A stretch of 64,000 nucleotides of DNA, from positions 64,001-128,000 of the forward strand of contig CAXWPH010000012.1 in NCBI GenBank assembly GCA_963666055.2, read 5' to 3'. Source of the stretch: Acidobacteriota bacterium. Its GTDB lineage: Bacteria; Acidobacteriota; UBA890; WLXD01. The notes under the pieces were generated by a model that saw nothing but the letters and a program-made list of their open reading frames with translations, did not search any database and had not been told where the DNA came from. This document shows, piece by piece, positions 57,775-64,000 of the stretch (positions are counted from its first letter, which is position 1; every line of letters starts with the position of its first letter). The translations under genes and the position numbers were made by a program.

Positions 57775-59490
57775 TCAGCCAGTCGAGCCTATCAGCGCCA
57801 AGAACTCATCGACGTTCCGCGTATTCGCCACCTGTTGTGCGGTCAGCCCCGCACGACGCGCCGTCGCCACCCCCAACCGCATGTGACCCAACCCGGCGAC
57901 GTCGTGGGCATCCGTGGATATCACCACGTCGGCACCGACCTCGACTGCTCGGCGGAGGTGATCGTCGCAGAGGTCGAGACGCTGCGGGTGGGCGTTGCAC
58001 TCGAGTAGTACGCCGCGATCGCGGGCGGCGACGAAGACACGCTCCAAGGATATGGCGTACGGCTCACGACGCAGCAGGCGGCGTCCGGTCGGGTGAGCCA
58101 AGATGTGTACGTTGCGGTTGTCGAGCGCTCGCAGCAATCGCGCCGTCATCTCCTCGCGCTCCTGATCCATTTGCGAATGCACCGCAGCAACGACGATCTC
58201 GGCATCCGCAAGACAAGCGCCGTCGAGATCGAGTGTACCGTCATCGAGAATATCGACCTCTACCCCGCGCAAGAGGCGGAACGCTCCGAGCCGGCTGTTT
58301 AGTTGCTCCACCTCGGCCCACTGGCGGGCAAGTCGACCCGCGTCCAGTCCCCCGGGCATTCGCCTTGAATGGTCGGTGACCGCGGCGTACTGGTAGCCTC
58401 GTTGCACTGCGGCCGAGACCATGGCCGCCAAATCAGCGCGCCCGTCGCTCGCGGTGGTGTGCATTTGGCAATCGCCATGCACATCGTCAAGCTCCACGAG
58501 CGCCGCAAGACCGCCAGCCGCCGCTGCCTCCAGAGTGCCCACTTGGTCGCGGAGCTCCGGCGGGATCACCGGCAAGCCGGCGGCCGCATAAACGCACTCC
58601 TCGGTTGCCGCTTCGCCTGGTTCGGCGCTGCCGGCCGCTGGGTCGGTGTTGTCGGCTGTGCGGACGAGGCGCTGCTCTGCGAGGCGACGTACGGCGCGAG
58701 TGTGTTCGTCGGAGCCGGTAGCCAAGTGCCAAAGGCTTCCGAAGGACGCCGGCCCGGCGACGCGAAGGTCGACGACTGTTCCGTCGCCGAGCCGCACACG
58801 CGCCCGGTCGCTGTCGTGCGACAAGACCTGCTCGACGTCGGAACGACTCACGAACCGGTGGACGATCTCGGCCGGCCGGCTCGATGCCGCCACCAGGTCG
58901 ACGCCCACGACGGTCTCCAGGCGACGTCGCACACTACCGGCAATCTCGACGCGCTGCACGCCCGGGAGCTTCGAGAGTTCCTGCTGTAGAGCTTCTGCTC
59001 GCGGCAGCGCATCACCGAGCAGGATGCGTCCATGCTCGTTGCGGCGGCGGTGGAGCGCCCGAAGGATACGCGCCTGCGTTTTCGTGCCGAGTCCTGGTAC
59101 GTCGCGCAGGGCGCCGCTCGCAGCGGCCATCTCGAGACCTTCAAGAGACGCGATGTCCAGCGTGTCAGCTATCGCGCGAGCCCGCTTGGGGCCGATGCCC
59201 GGCAGCCGCACCATCTCCACCAGGCCACCCTCACGACTGGCGAGCAGCTCCGTGTGCTCTCGGCAAACACCAGTGTCGAGCAGCTCCTCGATCTTCGCGG
59301 CGATGCTCTTGCCGACGTGAGGTAGTTCGGCAACGGGGTGGATCTGACGCAGCGATTCGAGAGGCTGGCCGAGCCCGCGGACGGTCTCCCCGGCGAGGCG
59401 GTAGGCACGGACGCGGAACGAGTTAGCGCCCTGGATCTCACGGATGTCGGCGATCTCATCGAGAACGCGGGCGATATCCGCGTTGTGCAG
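57775..59490 (-). CDS. polX: DNA polymerase X / PHP exonuclease fusion (non-canonical active site)
   Basis: In-frame N-terminus HNADIA..LDEIAD...FRVRAY upstream of ORF 57775..59220; HhH motifs, AGSVRR and PHP motifs (MHT..SDG, TDHS, AHPTGR, TDAH). Confidence 0.88.
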   Translation of the reverse strand: MHNADIARVLDEIADIREIQGANSFRVRAYRLAGETVRGLGQPLESLRQIHPVAELPHVGKSIAAKIEELLDTGVCREHTELLASREGGLVEMVRLPGIGPKRARAIADTLDIASLEGLEMAAASGALRDVPGLGTKTQARILRALHRRRNEHGRILLGDALPRAEALQQELSKLPGVQRVEIAGSVRRRLETVVGVDLVAASSRPAEIVHRFVSRSDVEQVLSHDSDRARVRLGDGTVVDLRVAGPASFGSLWHLATGSDEHTRAVRRLAEQRLVRTADNTDPAAGSAEPGEAATEECVYAAAGLPVIPPELRDQVGTLEAAAAGGLAALVELDDVHGDCQMHTTASDGRADLAAMVSAAVQRGYQYAAVTDHSRRMPGGLDAGRLARQWAEVEQLNSRLGAFRLLRGVEVDILDDGTLDLDGACLADAEIVVAAVHSQMDQEREEMTARLLRALDNRNVHILAHPTGRRLLRREPYAISLERVFVAARDRGVLLECNAHPQRLDLCDDHLRRAVEVGADVVISTDAHDVAGLGHMRLGVATARRAGLTAQQVANTRNVDEFLALIGSTG

Positions 59491-59504
59491 AATCCCGCGG
59501 CCGG

Positions 59505-62306
59505 TCAGCGGCCGTCGGGCTCAACGCCGTAGTAACCCTCGCGCACCTGTACCCAGACTCCCGGCCTTCCCTTGACCTCAACACGCAACCTTCGCCAGTT
59601 GCCATCGTAGCGGCTATTGGTGGGGTAGTACGAGAGCGCGTACTGGCTGTTGAGCTCGTCGGCGATGAGACCGTAGATCTCCTCGAGTTCTTGGAGGGCG
59701 ATGGGGAAATAGGAGGCGCCGCCGGTAGCATCGGCGATTGCCCGCAGCTGTTCGACTCCCCGCTTCACTGCGCCGCTCGCATCGCCGAACGCGGTGCCCT
59801 CCTGCATCAGCTGAAGGCCGATGGTATAGACGAGAACATCCGATTGGCGAAGGAACTCCAGCACATCCGCGTAGGCCATCTTGCTGTTGGTGTCGAGCCC
59901 GTCCGACAACACCACCAACGCGCGCTTTCCGGTGCGCCGATCGAGCTTGCGAATCGACTCGGCCAGCGTATCGAAGAGCGCCGTGCTTCCATCCGGGTCG
60001 ATTGCCTCCAGCGCCGCTATCAACGCGTCCTTGTCATGCGTGAAATCAGCGTAGAGCCAAAGACGGTCATTGAAACCAAGAATCATGGCCCGGTTGATGT
60101 CGCTCACCAGGGCTTCGACAAGGCGTAGCCCGCCGGCCCGCTCGGCGCGCACGCCGCCGCCCAGCATGCTGCTGCTCTGATCGAGCGAGATGGCCGCCGA
60201 AACTGGAACTTCGCCGAAATCGAACTGCACGATCTTCTGGTCCGCCCCGTCTTCCGTCAGCCGGAAATCCTCCGGTGTCAGGTCGCGCACGAGACGGCCT
60301 GCGGAGTCGCGCACGGTAGCGTGTAGGGTCACCAGGTTGACGGTCGCGCCGAAGGAGACCGTGGCCCGATCGAGCACCACATCGTCGCTGGCGACGCGGT
60401 CGCCGGCTACCGCAACCGCCCGTATGACAAAAACCTCTTCGTCGTCGGGAAAGCTCCACGAAACTCGGAAAGGCTCGTCCTCCGCGGATCCGACACGCCG
60501 GTCGTTGACATAGAAGTCGACTCGCTCGGCCGGCCGGTTTCCGAGCACATCGGCGACGAGCTCGACGTCCCCGATGGGCAACGTGCCCGGTGCAGGAGAC
60601 CGGATCCGGACGCGGAACGTATCTCCCTCGGTGGCTATTTCTTCGACCGCCGCGCCGCCCGCGCCGTCGACGCCCGCGCCATTCGACGGCGTGCCCAACC
60701 CGCTCGAGAACCGGGTCACCGCTGCTGTGGACCGCTCCTCGGGCTCGTCGCTCAAGATGGCAGTAGTCTCGGCGATGGTCGGCGGGAGACGGTAGATGCC
60801 ACGTCGGGCCCGACGTGGCGCCTCCGGTGCATCGCGCACCACGACGTAGGAGTTGATGGCGCCGGGTGGGCGCGCCACGATCCGGTCCGTCAGGTCCTCG
60901 ACGCTGCCCGCTTCCCAAAACCTCGCCACCACCCGCGCGTGGCCGGTGCCGCGATTCGGGTATCCGAGCGACTCGTCGAGCAGGCGCGTTTCGCGCGGGC
61001 CCAGGTTCACGAAGTAGGCGCGCTGCACGCGCTCCGGACGATGGAACCATTCGGCACTAATCAACACGCCGACACCGGTGGCTCGATCGGTACGATTCGT
61101 GATCCTCAACTGAAACGGCTCGATTCGTTGCTGTGCCTCGTCCAGCACCATCGCGGCGGAGAACCGCAACTCCCCGACCGTGAAGCGCTCGTCGAAGGCG
61201 AAGAACCGACGGATCTTGTCGGCATCGCCAAAGCCGTGGCTGTTGTTGGAGCGGTTCACATCGGGGATCAGGCGGTTCGGATCGACGGCCACACTGACCG
61301 GAACACAGGGCAACTCCATCTCGAACGACTCGTCGTCCATACCTGCCGCCACAGATTCCGTGATCACCTGACCGTCCGGACAGCGCACCTGAACTGTTAG
61401 GGGCACCGGGAACGGCACCTCGCGCAGCAGCCGGGCGCGCAGCCGGGTATCACCTTCTCGAAGGCTGACCCGGTCGATGCCCACATCGAAGGTCACCGTT
61501 GGCTTGAGCCAGTCGCGCACCACGACATCCGGGTCGGGCTGACGCTCGCGGCCAATGGCGTCGATGATCGCCGCCAAGTTCACCGAGGGTCGGGAAACCA
61601 TCTGGCCGATCGCAGAAGTGACCGCATCGGCACCGTACAGTCCCTCCAGCAGCTTGAAGGTGGCGTAGGCCTTGCCCCGCGCGGCGTCGGTGAGCACCCT
61701 CTCCGACAGATCAACCGGGCGCCGACTCTGGGCAGCGCGTGTGAAGTTCGCCTCGATGCCATATAGCACCGGAGTGGTCGACTTGAGATCACGGTAGATC
61801 CGGTCGGTGAGGTACAGCGCCGCGCCTTCGGTCCACCATGGCGCATCACTGCCCGGCGCTCCCATGGCAACTCGCGCCACCACGTAGGCGCCGAGCCAGC
61901 GTGCGTAGCCGAGGGCGTGGGCAGCACCGAAGTCCTGCAGCAACAGGGGTACGTTGGTGTGCATGACGACGACCGCCTCCCGGCCTTCGCCGCGCACCTC
62001 CACGACCCCGTCGGCGCTACTGCCCGGCCCGGAAGCCGTCGGCTCCCAGCGGATCGTGCCCGCCGGCACGGGCACCCCGGTCAGCTCCGCGATGCGGGTT
62101 GCCGCCACGTCGGCGAACGATGCCAGGTTGATCGCCCAGTCGCGCCACGGCTCGGGATACTCGAACCGAATCGGCGCGTTGGACAGGTACAGGGTCGCCG
62201 CCTGCGCCGCTGATGGCGCTGCCGCCCCCGAGATACTAGGCGCCGATATCGCCACCAGCGCTGCACACGCGACGGCGCGGCAAAACTCCTTGCGGATATC
62301 CATCAT
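59505..62306 (-). CDS. Secreted multidomain protein: peptidase M1-like region, Ig-like domain and acidobacterial-type VWA domain
   Basis: Signal peptide; WWTEG..LY and DPNRLIPD.NRSNN; VDFYVN..VG; VNLV...ATVRD, DQSSSM MIDAS, SDG.D, YALSY.P. Confidence 0.75.
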   Translation of the reverse strand: MMDIRKEFCRAVACAALVAISAPSISGAAAPSAAQAATLYLSNAPIRFEYPEPWRDWAINLASFADVAATRIAELTGVPVPAGTIRWEPTASGPGSSADGVVEVRGEGREAVVVMHTNVPLLLQDFGAAHALGYARWLGAYVVARVAMGAPGSDAPWWTEGAALYLTDRIYRDLKSTTPVLYGIEANFTRAAQSRRPVDLSERVLTDAARGKAYATFKLLEGLYGADAVTSAIGQMVSRPSVNLAAIIDAIGRERQPDPDVVVRDWLKPTVTFDVGIDRVSLREGDTRLRARLLREVPFPVPLTVQVRCPDGQVITESVAAGMDDESFEMELPCVPVSVAVDPNRLIPDVNRSNNSHGFGDADKIRRFFAFDERFTVGELRFSAAMVLDEAQQRIEPFQLRITNRTDRATGVGVLISAEWFHRPERVQRAYFVNLGPRETRLLDESLGYPNRGTGHARVVARFWEAGSVEDLTDRIVARPPGAINSYVVVRDAPEAPRRARRGIYRLPPTIAETTAILSDEPEERSTAAVTRFSSGLGTPSNGAGVDGAGGAAVEEIATEGDTFRVRIRSPAPGTLPIGDVELVADVLGNRPAERVDFYVNDRRVGSAEDEPFRVSWSFPDDEEVFVIRAVAVAGDRVASDDVVLDRATVSFGATVNLVTLHATVRDSAGRLVRDLTPEDFRLTEDGADQKIVQFDFGEVPVSAAISLDQSSSMLGGGVRAERAGGLRLVEALVSDINRAMILGFNDRLWLYADFTHDKDALIAALEAIDPDGSTALFDTLAESIRKLDRRTGKRALVVLSDGLDTNSKMAYADVLEFLRQSDVLVYTIGLQLMQEGTAFGDASGAVKRGVEQLRAIADATGGASYFPIALQELEEIYGLIADELNSQYALSYYPTNSRYDGNWRRLRVEVKGRPGVWVQVREGYYGVEPDGR

Positions 62307-62508
62307 GCGTTCGAGTATAGCATCGGGCCGAAGTGCCAAACCGGGCTTGCGGAAGCGCTCGCGCCCTCACAGGGCTTGCCGCGATACGTCGTATCTTACT
62401 GAAAATAAACGCTTTCCAAAATAGCGCGGATACCTCAGAGGCCCAGCCAGGATGTTGCACGCTTTGCAGCAGCGTCGCCTGCCCGACAGCCGGAACGGAA
62501 TCTGAACG

Positions 62509-63813
62509 ATGTCGGACGAACGCTTCGAGGTAGTGATCGTCGGGGCCGGCCCGGCCGGCGCTGCTGCAGCGCTGACGCTGGCGCGCAATGGTGTCGAAGT
62601 GCTCGTCCTCGAGCGTGGGGATTATCCGGGCGCCAAGAATCTGTTTGGCGGCATCTTGTATACCAGCGTAGTCAACGAGCTCATCCCAGAGTTCTGGAAC
62701 GACGCGCCGATCGAGCGACACATCATCAACCGCCGCTGGCTGGTGCTCGATGACGACACGCAGGTAGGCCTCGATCTGAAGAGCGCCAAGTTCGACGTCC
62801 CGCCTTACAACAACACGTTCACGGCGTTGCGCTCCAAATGGGACCGGTGGTTCGCCGACCAGGCCGAGCAAGCCGGGGCGATGATCATCTGCGAAACGAA
62901 CGTAGAGGATCTGATCGTCGATCGCGGCAGGGTTCGTGGTGTCCGCACCGGCCGGGATGACGGCGATGTCGAAGCAGATTGCGTCATCCTCGCCGAGGGC
63001 GCGAACGCTCTGCTGTCGGAGCGCGCCGGTTTCCGGCCGAAGATGAGCCCGACCAACCGGGTCAACGCCGTCAAAGAAGTAATCGCGTTGCCGCCGGAGA
63101 TCATCGAGGATCGATTCCATCTCGAGGGCAAACAGGGTGCCGCGATCGAGTACTTCGGCGGCGCGGTGAAAGGCACCGTTGGCTCGGCGTTCATATACAC
63201 CAATTACGACAGCCTCTCGGTCGGCGTCGGTAGCATCATCGCCGAGTACCTACGGCTGCGGCTCGCTCCCTACGAGATGCTCGATTCGTTCAAGGCGCAT
63301 CCGATGGTCAGACCGCTGCTGCGTGGCGGCGAGACGGTCGAATACGCCACCAAGATGATTCCTGAGGACTCGTATGACCACCTGTCCGATCTTTATGAGG
63401 ACGGGCTTCTACTCATCGGGGATTGTGCCGGCCTGGTGAATCCGTCGATTCATCATGAGGGCACGAACTTGGCGATGGCATCCGGCGTGGCAGCGGCGGA
63501 GGCGGTGCTCGAGGCACGTAAAAAAAACGACTTCTCGAAAGCGGCGCTGGCAACCTATCGCGAGCGTCTCGAGCACTCCTGGGTCATGAAGGACCTGAAG
63601 CGTTACCGCGACACGGTTCATTTCTTGCTGGAGAACCGAGAGTTCGTGAACGATTATCCGGACCTGACCGTGCGCCTGATCCGGCGCTACTTCACCATCG
63701 ACGACACGCCGAAGGACGACGTGATTCGAGAGCTCTGGCGGGTCATCCGCGACGAAGTCAGCTTCTTCAAGGCGGCGCGACAAATGTGGCGCGCCCGCAA
63801 AACCATGCTGTGA
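62509..63813 (+). CDS. fixC: FixC-like ETF-quinone oxidoreductase flavoprotein
   Basis: GAGPAG, ERGDYPGAKN.FGG, FIYTN..S.SVG, EY..K.IPE and EG.NLAM.SG motifs. Confidence 0.85.
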   Translation: MSDERFEVVIVGAGPAGAAAALTLARNGVEVLVLERGDYPGAKNLFGGILYTSVVNELIPEFWNDAPIERHIINRRWLVLDDDTQVGLDLKSAKFDVPPYNNTFTALRSKWDRWFADQAEQAGAMIICETNVEDLIVDRGRVRGVRTGRDDGDVEADCVILAEGANALLSERAGFRPKMSPTNRVNAVKEVIALPPEIIEDRFHLEGKQGAAIEYFGGAVKGTVGSAFIYTNYDSLSVGVGSIIAEYLRLRLAPYEMLDSFKAHPMVRPLLRGGETVEYATKMIPEDSYDHLSDLYEDGLLLIGDCAGLVNPSIHHEGTNLAMASGVAAAEAVLEARKKNDFSKAALATYRERLEHSWVMKDLKRYRDTVHFLLENREFVNDYPDLTVRLIRRYFTIDDTPKDDVIRELWRVIRDEVSFFKAARQMWRARKTML

Positions 63814-63820
63814 GGTATTC

Positions 63821-64000
63821 ATGGCAATCGACGTTCGCGAGTACTTGACGCCCCACAAGTCGCTGTCGATGGCTCAGCGCCTCGACCTCGTAAAGCGGCG
63901 GTTCGCTGACGAGAGCCATATCCACGTAGATCAAGATGCGTTCCGTCAGGACTCCGACCAGGCGCTCCTGTTTATCTGCCCGGCCCAGGTATTCAAGCTC
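63821..64000 (+). CDS. fixX: FixX-like ferredoxin (runs off window end)
   Basis: ATG 8 nt after the fixC stop; MAIDV...SHIHVD...ICPAQVF matches the FixX N-terminal pattern. Confidence 0.7.
   Translation, partial: MAIDVREYLTPHKSLSMAQRLDLVKRRFADESHIHVDQDAFRQDSDQALLFICPAQVFKL

Overview
GC-rich bacterial chromosome segment, probably Acidobacteriota (inferred from a fused LptF/LptG gene and an acidobacterial-type VWA protein). It is mostly core genes: clpC (partial), bamA-lpxD-fabZ-lpxA-lpxI, lexA, ruvX-mltG-ribH-nusB-leuS-lptE-holA, rpsT, murJ-dtd-xerD-tRNA nucleotidyltransferase-metK, lptFG, rnz, etfBA, an ATP-dependent DNA ligase, cell-wall enzymes, rho, lemA, a UvrD/PcrA helicase, sppA, greA, polX and fixCX. 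No rRNA, tRNA, CRISPR array, prophage or transposase was seen. The clearest unannotated structure is a three-copy, highly structured non-coding MITE-like element (279, 279 and 176 bp). It has 30-bp terminal inverted repeats flanked by CTAG, and every copy sits on a gene's TAG stop codon in the same relative orientation. Other oddities: a LexA lacking its catalytic Lys and Ala-Gly cleavage site; a PolX-PHP lacking a catalytic Asp and apparently starting at CTG; an atypical LeuRS with no zinc cysteines and a beta-rich insert; a pseudo-peptidase/Ig/VWA fusion; an orphan AbiEi-like regulator; and two frameshifted genes. All product calls come from motif recognition by eye; no database searches were run.
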